DNA of 64,000 bases, taken from assembly GCA_039028615.1 (NCBI GenBank), contig JBCCHT010000028.1, positions 32,001 through 96,000 on the forward strand. Reading direction: 5' to 3'. This document shows positions 29,218 through 37,916 of this stretch, one piece after another; the stretch's first letter is position 1, and every line of letters starts with the position of its first letter. The stretch comes from Myxococcota bacterium. Lineage in GTDB: Bacteria; Myxococcota_A; Polyangia; Nannocystales; Nannocystaceae. The position numbers and the translations under genes are program-made. The notes under the pieces were generated by a model. It ran no database searches, was not told where the DNA came from, and saw only the letters and a list, made by a program, of their open reading frames with translations.

Positions 29218-31047
29218 ATGGCCAACATCCTCGGAATTTCGTGCTTCTATCACGATTCGGCCGCCGCCCTGCTCACCGACGGTCGCATCGTCGCGGCCGC
29301 GCAGGAGGAGCGATTCACTCGGCTCAAAGCCGACGCTCGCTTCCCCATCAACGCGATCAACTACTGCCTGGAAGAGGCGGGGATCCACGTCGACCAGCTG
29401 GATGACGTCGTCTACTACGACAACATCATCCTGTCCTTCGACCGGCTGGTGGACACCTTCCTCGGCGTGGCCCCCAAGGGCGCCGACGTCTGGAAGAAGC
29501 AGGTCCCCAAGTTCGTCCAGCAGAAGTTCAACATCCTGGAGACGTTCAAAGAACAGCTCCAGTGGGATCGCGAGATTCACTGCTGCGAGCACCACCTGAG
29601 CCACGCCGCGAGTGCCTTCTACCCCTCGCCGTACCCCCGTGCCGCGGTCCTCACCATCGACGGCGTCGGTGAGTGGGCCACGGCCTCGTACAGCGTCGGC
29701 AACGGCAGCCAGCTCGAGATCGTCAGCGACATGCGCTACCCCGACTCGCTCGGGATGCTCTACTCGGCGTTCACGTACTTCACCGGGTTCAAGGTCAACT
29801 CGGGCGAGTACAAGCTGATGGGACTCGCGCCCTACGGGCGGCCGATCTACGTCGACAAGATCCTCGACAACATCGTCGGCCTCAACGAAGACGGCTCCAT
29901 CTCGCTGAACCTCGACTACTTCGGGTTCCTCGACTCGCACCAGATGATCAACGAAGAGCGCTTCGCCGCCCTCTTCGACGGGCCTCGTCGCCCGGGCGAG
30001 TCGCGGATCACCAACCGCGAGATGGACCTCGCCGCGTCGATCCAGCGGGTCACCGAGATGGCCGTGCTCAACATGGCGCGGCACGTCAAAAAAGAGACCG
30101 GCGAGAAGAACCTCTGCCTCGCGGGCGGCGTGGCGCTCAACTGCGTCGCCAACGGCAAGCTACTGCGCGAGAACATCTTCGACGACGTCTGGATCCAGCC
30201 CGCGGCGGGTGATGCCGGCGGCGCGCTCGGCTGTGCTCTCGCTTACCACTACCTCGAGCGGGGCGGCCGACGAACGGCCGACGACAACCCCTCGGCGCAG
30301 GGCGGCTCGTACTACGGCCCCTCGTTCGACGACAACGAGATCAAGGGCTTCCTCGAGGACAACGAGTACCCCTACGAGCACTATGAGGGCGACGCGCGTG
30401 GCGAGGCCATCGCCGACCTGCTCGCCGACGGTAAGGTCGTGGGTCACTTCGCCGGCCGCATGGAGTTCGGTCCGCGTGCCCTGGGTGCCCGCACCATCAT
30501 GGGGGATGCACGCAGCCGCGACATGCAAAAGTCGCTCAACCTCAAGATCAAGTATCGCGAGTCGTTCCGCCCCTTCGCCCCCGCGGTACTCGAGGAGAAC
30601 GTCAGCGACTACTTCGAGATGGACCGGCCCAGCCCCTACATGCTGATGGTCGCCCCGGTGAAGGAAGAGCGTCGCCTGCCCGTGCAGGCCCCGGAGAACC
30701 GGGAAGAAGACGACCTGCTCAGCTGGATCAACGAACTGCGCAGCGACGTCCCCGCCATCACCCACGTGGACTACTCGGCCCGTATCCAGACGGTGACCAA
30801 GGAGTCCCACGAGAAGTTCCACCAGATCATCGCCGCGTTCGGCAAGAAGACCGGCACCCCCGTGGTGGTCAACACCTCGTTCAACGTCCGCGGCGAGCCC
30901 ATCGTGTGCACCCCCGCCGACGCCTACCGCTGCTTCATGCGTACCGAGATGGACGTGCTGGTGCTCGAAGACTTCGTGCTCCACAAGTCCAAGCAACCCG
31001 AATGGAAGGAAGAAAATGACTGGCGAGAAGAATTCGCGCTGGACTGA
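29218..31047 (+). CDS. O-carbamoyltransferase (NodU/CmcH/SxtI family)
   Basis: GISCFYHDSAA, EHHLSHAASAF, DGVGE, GEYKLMGLAPYG, GGVALNC, EFGPRALG, KYRESFRPFAP, HVDYSARIQ, NTSFNVRGEP. Confidence 0.96.
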   Translation: MANILGISCFYHDSAAALLTDGRIVAAAQEERFTRLKADARFPINAINYCLEEAGIHVDQLDDVVYYDNIILSFDRLVDTFLGVAPKGADVWKKQVPKFVQQKFNILETFKEQLQWDREIHCCEHHLSHAASAFYPSPYPRAAVLTIDGVGEWATASYSVGNGSQLEIVSDMRYPDSLGMLYSAFTYFTGFKVNSGEYKLMGLAPYGRPIYVDKILDNIVGLNEDGSISLNLDYFGFLDSHQMINEERFAALFDGPRRPGESRITNREMDLAASIQRVTEMAVLNMARHVKKETGEKNLCLAGGVALNCVANGKLLRENIFDDVWIQPAAGDAGGALGCALAYHYLERGGRRTADDNPSAQGGSYYGPSFDDNEIKGFLEDNEYPYEHYEGDARGEAIADLLADGKVVGHFAGRMEFGPRALGARTIMGDARSRDMQKSLNLKIKYRESFRPFAPAVLEENVSDYFEMDRPSPYMLMVAPVKEERRLPVQAPENREEDDLLSWINELRSDVPAITHVDYSARIQTVTKESHEKFHQIIAAFGKKTGTPVVVNTSFNVRGEPIVCTPADAYRCFMRTEMDVLVLEDFVLHKSKQPEWKEENDWREEFALD

Positions 31048-31402
31048 GCTTCGCGAGCGACCCATCGCCATGTACATGGCGGGGGCCTTCCGCTCGGCGC
31101 TGGTGCCCGCGGCGAGCGTGGGCAAGCTCTTCGGTCGACAGACCTACACCCGATCGCAGCTGTCGCAGCCGTGGTCCGAGCGACGCCACGTCTCGCACTG
31201 GTCGAAGCGCACGACCAAGAAGGCCAGCTTCACTCGGCTCGACCCCAAGGCGGGCGAGCTGGTGCGGCAGTGCGCCAAGACCTTCGCCGCCGAGGGCAAG
31301 TGGGACCACATCGCGATCCTCACCGCGGTGACGCCCGTGCTGCTCATCCCGAACAAAGACAAGGGTGACGAGATCGATCCGTCGCTCTACGTGATGTTCT
31401 AG
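31016..31402 (+). CDS. Divergent SxtJ/SxtK(DUF5989)-like fusion protein
   Basis: Follows the carbamoyltransferase; F...P....KLFGR...SHW resembles the SxtJ C-terminus and K.W...PSLYVMF resembles SxtK; start may be 31070. Confidence 0.6.
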   Translation: MTGEKNSRWTELRERPIAMYMAGAFRSALVPAASVGKLFGRQTYTRSQLSQPWSERRHVSHWSKRTTKKASFTRLDPKAGELVRQCAKTFAAEGKWDHIAILTAVTPVLLIPNKDKGDEIDPSLYVMF

Positions 31403-31495
31403 CGACGAACCCTCGCCAGAGGGCAAGCGGAGCGATTCCCGAGCGGGGGTCGCTCCGTTCGTCGTTCGAAGGGTCGGCTTTGCTACGCTGCGGCC

Positions 31496-33205
31496 ATGCC
31501 GGCCCGCCCCCACCGAGCTTGGCTTCGTCTCGCCCCCTGGATCCCACTGCTCGCCATGGCGCTGTGCCTGCCCGCGCTGGCGGGCGGCATCGAGCTGGAC
31601 GACCTGTTTCACGCCCAGCATGCGGCCCGTGCCGACTTCACCCGCTCCGCGTTCACGTTCTTTGGGCAGGGACCGCGAGCCCCCCATGTCCCCGCCTCCG
31701 ATCTGCCGTGGTGGACCGAGCCCGGCCTGCGCCTCGACCTGTTCCGCCCCGTCGCGGCCCTGACCCATCGCCTCGACTACGCGCTGTGGCCCGAGCAGCC
31801 GTGGCTGATGCACCTGCACAGCGTGCTCTGGTACGGCGTGCTGGTCGGGCTGCTCCTGCGCCTTTATCGGGCGCTATCGGACGACCCCGCGCGTGCGGCC
31901 CTGGCGGCTCTGATCTTCGGGCTCTCCCAGGCCCACGCGATGAACGTGGGCTGGCTGTCGGCCCGCAACGCCACCATCGCCGCGACCTTCGTCGTGGCCA
32001 CGCTGCTGCTGCATCATCGCTGGCGGAGCCGGGGCTGGACGCCCGGGGCCGTGCTCGCTCCCGTGGCGCTGGGTCTGGCGCTGCTGGCCAACGAAGGTGC
32101 GATCGCGGCGGGAGGGTACTTGCTGGCCTATGCGCTGGTCCGCGACCGCGGGCGAGTGCACCTCCGAGTCGCGACCCTGCTGCCCTATCTCGGCGTCGCG
32201 ATCGCCTGGCGAGTCGCCTACGCGGCGTGGGAGCACGGCGCGTCGGGGGGCGGCATCTACCTCGACCCCATGAGCGACCCGCTGCGCTACGTCGGCCGCA
32301 CGCTCGTGCAGGCGGTCCCGATGCTCGCCAGTCGCCTCGGCCTCGGGGTGCTCGACCCCTTCGGCTCGATCCCCGGAGCTGCGATACCGCTGTTGTTCAT
32401 CGCCCTGCCCTTCGTCCTGGGGGTGGCGTGGGTCGTGCGCGAGCGGCTGCGTGAAGACCCGTGCTCACGCATGTGGGCCGTGGGTCTGCTGCTGTGTCTC
32501 GGGACCGCGGGCACCTCGGTGCCCACCGACCGCGGCGCGATGTTGTTGAGCCTCGGTGGCTGCGCCCTGCTGGCCGACTTCATCCTCTGGCTGCGCCGCG
32601 AGGACGCGCCTGCGCTTCATCGTCGCCTGGCCGCGCTGTTCATCGGGTTGCACCTGGTGCTCTCGCCGCTGCTGCTGCCCGTCCGTGTGCTCACCACCGC
32701 GTGGGTCCACGGCATGGCCGAGTCCATCACCGAGGCCCTCCCCGACGAGCCAGGCGTCGAGGACGAGACGGTGGTGCTCGTCAACGCCCCCAGCGACCTC
32801 GTCATGCTGTACTCGCGGGCCATACGGGCCGAGCAGCAACAGGCCTTCCCGCGGCGCCTGCAGTGGCTCTACGCCGGCCCCGGCACGCTGACCTTGACCC
32901 GGGTGGGCCCCCGCAGCATCGAGCTGCGCAGCGACCAGCCCTGGCTGGCCGCGCCGCTCGATCGTATGTTCCGCGACGCGGTGCAGTTCCGCCCCGGGCA
33001 GCGAATCGAGCGCGAGTGCATCGTCGCACAGGTGCTCGAGGTCGACGCAGGCTCGCTCGCGACCGCCGTGCGCTTCCAGATTGCCGACGACGGCGACTGC
33101 CGCCCGAGGTTCATGCAGTGGGACGGAGCGACGAAGAAGCACGTTCCTCTCACGCTGCCCGCCGAAGGGGAGACGATCACACTCGACGCGGCTCGCATCC
33201 CGTAG
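31496..33205 (+). CDS. Multi-pass membrane protein, GT-C-fold (TMTC-like) glycosyltransferase candidate
   Basis: DD after TM1, FRPV....DY.LW, MHLHSVLWY, WLSARN, NE motif, about 11 TMs. Confidence 0.65.
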   Translation: MPARPHRAWLRLAPWIPLLAMALCLPALAGGIELDDLFHAQHAARADFTRSAFTFFGQGPRAPHVPASDLPWWTEPGLRLDLFRPVAALTHRLDYALWPEQPWLMHLHSVLWYGVLVGLLLRLYRALSDDPARAALAALIFGLSQAHAMNVGWLSARNATIAATFVVATLLLHHRWRSRGWTPGAVLAPVALGLALLANEGAIAAGGYLLAYALVRDRGRVHLRVATLLPYLGVAIAWRVAYAAWEHGASGGGIYLDPMSDPLRYVGRTLVQAVPMLASRLGLGVLDPFGSIPGAAIPLLFIALPFVLGVAWVVRERLREDPCSRMWAVGLLLCLGTAGTSVPTDRGAMLLSLGGCALLADFILWLRREDAPALHRRLAALFIGLHLVLSPLLLPVRVLTTAWVHGMAESITEALPDEPGVEDETVVLVNAPSDLVMLYSRAIRAEQQQAFPRRLQWLYAGPGTLTLTRVGPRSIELRSDQPWLAAPLDRMFRDAVQFRPGQRIERECIVAQVLEVDAGSLATAVRFQIADDGDCRPRFMQWDGATKKHVPLTLPAEGETITLDAARIP

Positions 33206-33220
33206 CCCCCACAAAGACAA

Positions 33221-33252
33221 AGGGCGAGACCCGGTCACCCGGGGCTCGCCCT
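33221..33252. terminator. Bidirectional stem-loop between convergent GT-C gene and carB
   Basis: AGGGCGAGACCCGG...CCGGGGCTCGCCCT flanked by A-rich (left) and T-rich (right) tracts. Confidence 0.65.
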
Positions 33253-33274
33253 CTTGCTCTTCACCGACGAGCGG

Positions 33275-36200
33275 CTACTTGAACGCGATGGTCTGCCGCG
33301 CCAGGTAGTCCTGCCAGGGCAGCGCCTTGAGGTCGTCCTTCGTCTTGAAGCGAAGGGCGTTGACCACCGCCTTGGCCAGCTTGAGGTCGGTCAGCAGCGG
33401 CACGTTGCAGTCGACCGCGCGGCGGCGAATGAGGTAGCCGTCGGGGCGACCCAGCTCGTCGTACTCGACCGGGATGTTGATGACCAGGTCGACGATGCCG
33501 TCGGTGATCGCATCCATGGCCGTCTGCCCCTCCTCGAGGGTCTTCGCCAGGCTGGTGCACGGGATGCCGAGGGTTTTGAGTGCCTCGGCCGTACCCGGCG
33601 TCGCGAAGATGGGCAGCTTGAGTTCCTCGGCGATGAGCTTGGCCTCTTCGCCGAAGGTGTACTTGTCGGTCAAGGGACCGAGGGACAGCAGCACGCCGCG
33701 CTCGGGCCAGACGAAGCCGGTCGCGATCATGGAGTGCAGCAACGCCTCGTAGACGTCGTCACCCAGGCAACCCACCTCACCCGTACTCGACATCTCGACG
33801 CCGAGCATGGGGTCGGCCCCCACCAGGCGCGAGAACGAGAACATCGGCGACTTCACGCCCACGTAGTCGAGGTCGAGCCCGCGGTTCACCACCTCGCGCT
33901 TGACGCCCAGCATGCGACGCATGGCCTCGCCGACGAAGTTGTTGCCCGTGACCTTCGAGACGAAGGGGAAGGAACGCGACGCCCGGAGGTTGCACTCGAT
34001 GACCTTGACCGCGTGGTTCTTGGCCAAGAACTGCATGTTGAAGGGCCCGGTGATGTTCAGGCGCTTCGCCAGAGCCGCGGCGATCTTCTTGATCCGGCGG
34101 ATCGTCGAGATGTAGAGGCTCTGCGGCGGAAGCACGAGGGTGGCGTCACCGGAGTGAACCCCCGCGTCCTCGACGTGCTCGGAGAAGGCCCACAGCACGA
34201 GCTCGCCGTTGTCGGCGACCGCGTCGATCTCGATCTCGCGAGCGTGGGTCTCGAACTTGGTCACCACCACCGGGTGCTCGCGCGAGACCGAAGCCGCGTT
34301 GGCGAGGATTCGCCGCAGCTCGTTGGGCTCGTGCGCCACCCGCATCGCGGCACCGGACAGCACGTAGCTGGGCCGGACCAGCACGGGGAAGCCCCCGAGG
34401 CCGGCGACCATCTCTTCGGCCTTGTCCGGATCGGTGACGTGACCCCACTTGGGCTGGTCGATACCCAGCTCGTCGAGCAAGGCGCCGAACTTGGAGCGGT
34501 CCTCCGCGTTGTCGATGCTCTCGGCGCTGGTGCCGAGGATCTTGACGCCGGCCCGGTGCAGGCGGATGGCCAGGTTGTTGGGGACCTGACCGCCCATGCT
34601 GACCACGATGCCCTCGGGCTTCTCGAGTTCGTAGAGGTCGAGGATGGTCTCGAAGCTGATCTCGTCGAAGACCAGCTTGTCGCACTCGTCGTAGTCGGTG
34701 CTGACCGTCTCGGGGTTGTAGTTGACCATGATGGTCTCGTACCCCTGCGCGGCCGCGGCCTTGGCTGCGTTGACGCAGCACCAGTCGAACTCGACGCTCG
34801 AGCCGATGCGATAGGAGCCCGAGCCCAGCACCATGATCTTCTTGCGCCACGAGCTGGGCACGTCGGACTGGCTGGCGTGATAGCTGGAGTACAGGTAGTT
34901 CGTCTCCGCCGGGAACTCGGCCGCCATCGTGTCGATCTGCGCGGTGTGGCGCACGATGCCGTTGTCGAGGCGAGCCGCCCGAAGCTCCATGCGGTCGATG
35001 CCGCACAGGTCCGAGATGATCGCGTCGGCAAAGCCGAGCTCCTTGGCTTTGCGCAGGGTGCCGGCGTCGGGCAGGCCCTTGTGCTCGGCGAGCGCCTTGT
35101 GCACGTCGATCACGCTGTCGATGGCGTGAAGGAACCAGCGGTCGATGCCGGTCAGGTCGTGGATCTCGTCGACCCCGATGCCGTCGAGCAACGCCTTGGC
35201 GATGGCGATGGAGCGCAGCGGCGTGGCCTGGCTCAGCTCGGTGCGCACGTCCTCGAACTCGAACGCGTTGGGATCGAGACCCCGCACGCCGATGTCGAGC
35301 ATCCGCAGCGCCTTCTGCATGACCTCGGGGAAGGTCCGGCCGATGGCCATGACCTCACCGACGCTCTTCATCTCGCTGCCGATGCGACGGTTGGCGCCCT
35401 GGAACTTCTGAAGGTCCCAGCGCGGCATCTTGCACACGATGTAGTCGAGCGCGGGCTCGAAGAACGCCGTGGTGCGCCGGGTGATGGCGTTGGGGATCTC
35501 CGGCAGCGTGTAGCCCAGGGCGATCTTCGCCGCGACGTAGGCCAGCGGGTACCCGGTGGCCTTACTCGCCAGCGCGCTGGAGCGCGACAGGCGAGCGTTG
35601 ACCTCGATGACCCGGTACTCGCTGCTGAAGGGATCGAGCGCGTACTGGATGTTGCACTCACCGACGATGCCGAGGTGACGCACGGTCTTGATCGCGACCG
35701 TCCGCAGCACCTGGTACTCCTCGTCGTTGAGGGTCTGGCTGGGCGCCACCACGATGGACTCACCGGTGTGAATGCCCATCGGGTCGAAGTTCTCCATGTT
35801 GCAGACCGTGATGCAGTTGTCACGGCCGTCGCGGACGACTTCGTACTCGACCTCTTTCCAGCCCCGCAGGCACTCCTCGACCAGCACCTGAGGGATGCCG
35901 GCGTCGAAGGCCCGGTGCAGGATGTTGTCGAGCTCTTCCTCGGTCTCGACGATGCCGCTGCCCTTGCCGCCGAGCGAGAAGGCGCTGCGGAGCATCACGG
36001 GCAAGCCGATCGACTTGGCGGCCTTCTTGGCCTCCTCGATCGTGTTGCAGGCGGTGCTGCGGGCGTTACTCACCCCGATCTCGTCGAGACGATCGACGAA
36101 GCGGGCGCGGTCCTCGGTGTCCTTGATGGTCTGGACGGGCGTGCCCAGCACGCGGACGCCGTACTTCTCGAGGGTCCCCGCCTCCTTGAGGTCGAGGCCG

Positions 36201-36502
36201 CACTGCAGCGCGGTCTGACCACCGAAGGACAGCGCGATCGCGTCGACATCCTCTTGGACGATGATCTTCTCGACCATCTCCGGGGTGACCGGCACGAGGT
36301 AGATGCGGTCGGCCAGCCCCTCGCTGGTCTGGATGGTGGCGATGTTCGGGTTCACCAGGACGGTGAAGACCCCCTCCTCCTTGAAGGCCTTGATCGCCTG
36401 CGAGCCCGAGTAGTCGAACTCACCGGCCTGGCCGATCTGGAGGGCGCCCGAGCCCAGGATGAGCACGCGCTTGGGTTTGCGAGGTAGATATGCGCCGTAC
36501 AT
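33275..36502 (-). CDS. carB: Carbamoyl-phosphate synthase large subunit
   Basis: GQAGEFDYSGSQA, EVNARLSRSSALASKATGYPLA, RPSYVLSG, ECNLRASRSFPF, C-terminal MGS domain. Confidence 0.98.
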   Translation of the reverse strand: MYGAYLPRKPKRVLILGSGALQIGQAGEFDYSGSQAIKAFKEEGVFTVLVNPNIATIQTSEGLADRIYLVPVTPEMVEKIIVQEDVDAIALSFGGQTALQCGLDLKEAGTLEKYGVRVLGTPVQTIKDTEDRARFVDRLDEIGVSNARSTACNTIEEAKKAAKSIGLPVMLRSAFSLGGKGSGIVETEEELDNILHRAFDAGIPQVLVEECLRGWKEVEYEVVRDGRDNCITVCNMENFDPMGIHTGESIVVAPSQTLNDEEYQVLRTVAIKTVRHLGIVGECNIQYALDPFSSEYRVIEVNARLSRSSALASKATGYPLAYVAAKIALGYTLPEIPNAITRRTTAFFEPALDYIVCKMPRWDLQKFQGANRRIGSEMKSVGEVMAIGRTFPEVMQKALRMLDIGVRGLDPNAFEFEDVRTELSQATPLRSIAIAKALLDGIGVDEIHDLTGIDRWFLHAIDSVIDVHKALAEHKGLPDAGTLRKAKELGFADAIISDLCGIDRMELRAARLDNGIVRHTAQIDTMAAEFPAETNYLYSSYHASQSDVPSSWRKKIMVLGSGSYRIGSSVEFDWCCVNAAKAAAAQGYETIMVNYNPETVSTDYDECDKLVFDEISFETILDLYELEKPEGIVVSMGGQVPNNLAIRLHRAGVKILGTSAESIDNAEDRSKFGALLDELGIDQPKWGHVTDPDKAEEMVAGLGGFPVLVRPSYVLSGAAMRVAHEPNELRRILANAASVSREHPVVVTKFETHAREIEIDAVADNGELVLWAFSEHVEDAGVHSGDATLVLPPQSLYISTIRRIKKIAAALAKRLNITGPFNMQFLAKNHAVKVIECNLRASRSFPFVSKVTGNNFVGEAMRRMLGVKREVVNRGLDLDYVGVKSPMFSFSRLVGADPMLGVEMSSTGEVGCLGDDVYEALLHSMIATGFVWPERGVLLSLGPLTDKYTFGEEAKLIAEELKLPIFATPGTAEALKTLGIPCTSLAKTLEEGQTAMDAITDGIVDLVINIPVEYDELGRPDGYLIRRRAVDCNVPLLTDLKLAKAVVNALRFKTKDDLKALPWQDYLARQTIAFK

Positions 36503-37612
36503 CTAGCGTTGCCCCCTCATCGCGCCCACCAGGCGCAGGTAGTCGTCGAACAAGTAGTCGGCGTCCTCGGGCCCGGGCCGCGCCTCGGGGTGGAACTGGA
36601 CGCTGAAGAAGGGCTTGGTCCGGTGACGGATGCCCTCGTTGGTGCCGTCGTTGATGTTCACGAACCAGGGCTCCCAGTCCTCGGGGAGCGAGTCGTTGTC
36701 GACCGCGTAGCCGTGGTTCTGGCTCGTGACGTAGCAGCGGCGAGTGAGCAGGTCCTGGACCGGCTGGTTCACGCTGCGGTGACCGTAGGGCAGCTTGAAG
36801 GTGCCGGCCCCCGCCGCGCGGGCGAGGATTTGGTTGCCGAGGCAGATGCCGAAGACCGGGCCGCGGAAGCTCTCGAGCAAGGTCCGCACCTGCTCGGCGA
36901 GTCCCTCGAGGTCCTCGGGGTTACCGGGGCCGTTGCCGATGAGCACGCCGTCGGCTCCGAGCGCGAGCTCGGCGAGTCGGGCGTGCCACGGCGCTCGGAT
37001 GACCGACACCCCGCGGTTGAGCAAGCTGCGGACGATGTTGTCCTTGCACCCGACGTCGACCACGAGGACGGTGAGCTCGCCGTCGCCGTAGCGCTGCACC
37101 TGCTCCGGCGCGACCAGGCGGAACACGTCCTTTTTCATGTCGACCGCGGCCGCTTCTTCGCGGGCGCGCTCGAAGGACATGTCGGCGGGGAAGAGCCAGC
37201 CGCGCATGGTGCCGTGCTCACGCAGGCGTCGCGTCAGCGTTCGCGTGTCGATGCCGGTGACGGCCGGCACGTTCTCGCTCGCCAGCCACTCGCTCAGCGA
37301 ACGGGTCGCCGCGTGGTGGCTGTAGGCGTCGACGTAGTTCTGCACCACGAGTCCTTGAACCTGGATCGCTCCCGATTCGTAGGGCCCATCGATGGAGCCC
37401 TTCTCGCGTGGTGCCGGCACGCCGTAGTTGCCGATCAGCGGGTAGGTGTGAACGAGGATCTGCCCTCGGTAAGACGGATCGGTCAGCGTCTCCACGTAAC
37501 CGGTCATACCGGTATTGAAGACGACCTCGCCGACCACGGTGCCGCGGCCACCAAACGCGTGGCCTTGCATCACCGTCCCGTCTTCCAATCTCAGCTGAAT
37601 GTCCGGGTTCAA
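36503..37612 (-). CDS. carA: Carbamoyl-phosphate synthase small subunit
   Basis: GEVVFNTGMTGY..LTDPSY.GQIL, GICLGNQ, TSQNHGYAV, SVQFHPEA; TTG start. Confidence 0.97.
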   Translation of the reverse strand: MNPDIQLRLEDGTVMQGHAFGGRGTVVGEVVFNTGMTGYVETLTDPSYRGQILVHTYPLIGNYGVPAPREKGSIDGPYESGAIQVQGLVVQNYVDAYSHHAATRSLSEWLASENVPAVTGIDTRTLTRRLREHGTMRGWLFPADMSFERAREEAAAVDMKKDVFRLVAPEQVQRYGDGELTVLVVDVGCKDNIVRSLLNRGVSVIRAPWHARLAELALGADGVLIGNGPGNPEDLEGLAEQVRTLLESFRGPVFGICLGNQILARAAGAGTFKLPYGHRSVNQPVQDLLTRRCYVTSQNHGYAVDNDSLPEDWEPWFVNINDGTNEGIRHRTKPFFSVQFHPEARPGPEDADYLFDDYLRLVGAMRGQR

Positions 37613-37916
37613 AACGGTCGCATGCTAACCCCGGTTGCAGGCATGAGCGAGGCCGGAGGCCGGCTCGATTCGCGACCCCGAAGAAGCGTCGAATAACCTC
37701 GTATCTGGGCCCTGACGTGGGGATATCGGTACCGCGCACGACACGGGGCACGCACCAGCGTGAGGCGAGTCCCCTCATGCATGACAAATGCATAGGCTCG
37801 GAACGGGCCCTTCCGCGGCACTTCCACTACGGGCCCTTCGCGATCTCCGATCGCGCATGAACCGCGAACGTGCGGCCCCGCGCTTCGTCACCGAAATGTT
37901 GCGTCGTCCGGGGTGA

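Noticed and set aside
29218..31402. Saxitoxin biosynthetic cluster
   Set aside because: Only sxtI/J/K-like genes are present; no sxtA, sxtG or other core genes.
33254..36487. 1077-aa plus-strand ORF, and many similar long antisense ORFs
   Set aside because: Shadow frames of real genes (here carB) caused by high GC3; no recognisable motifs.
36500..36505. Pyrrolysine or programmed readthrough at the carA TAG
   Set aside because: No pyl genes in the window, and carB has its own ATG and RBS-like sequence.
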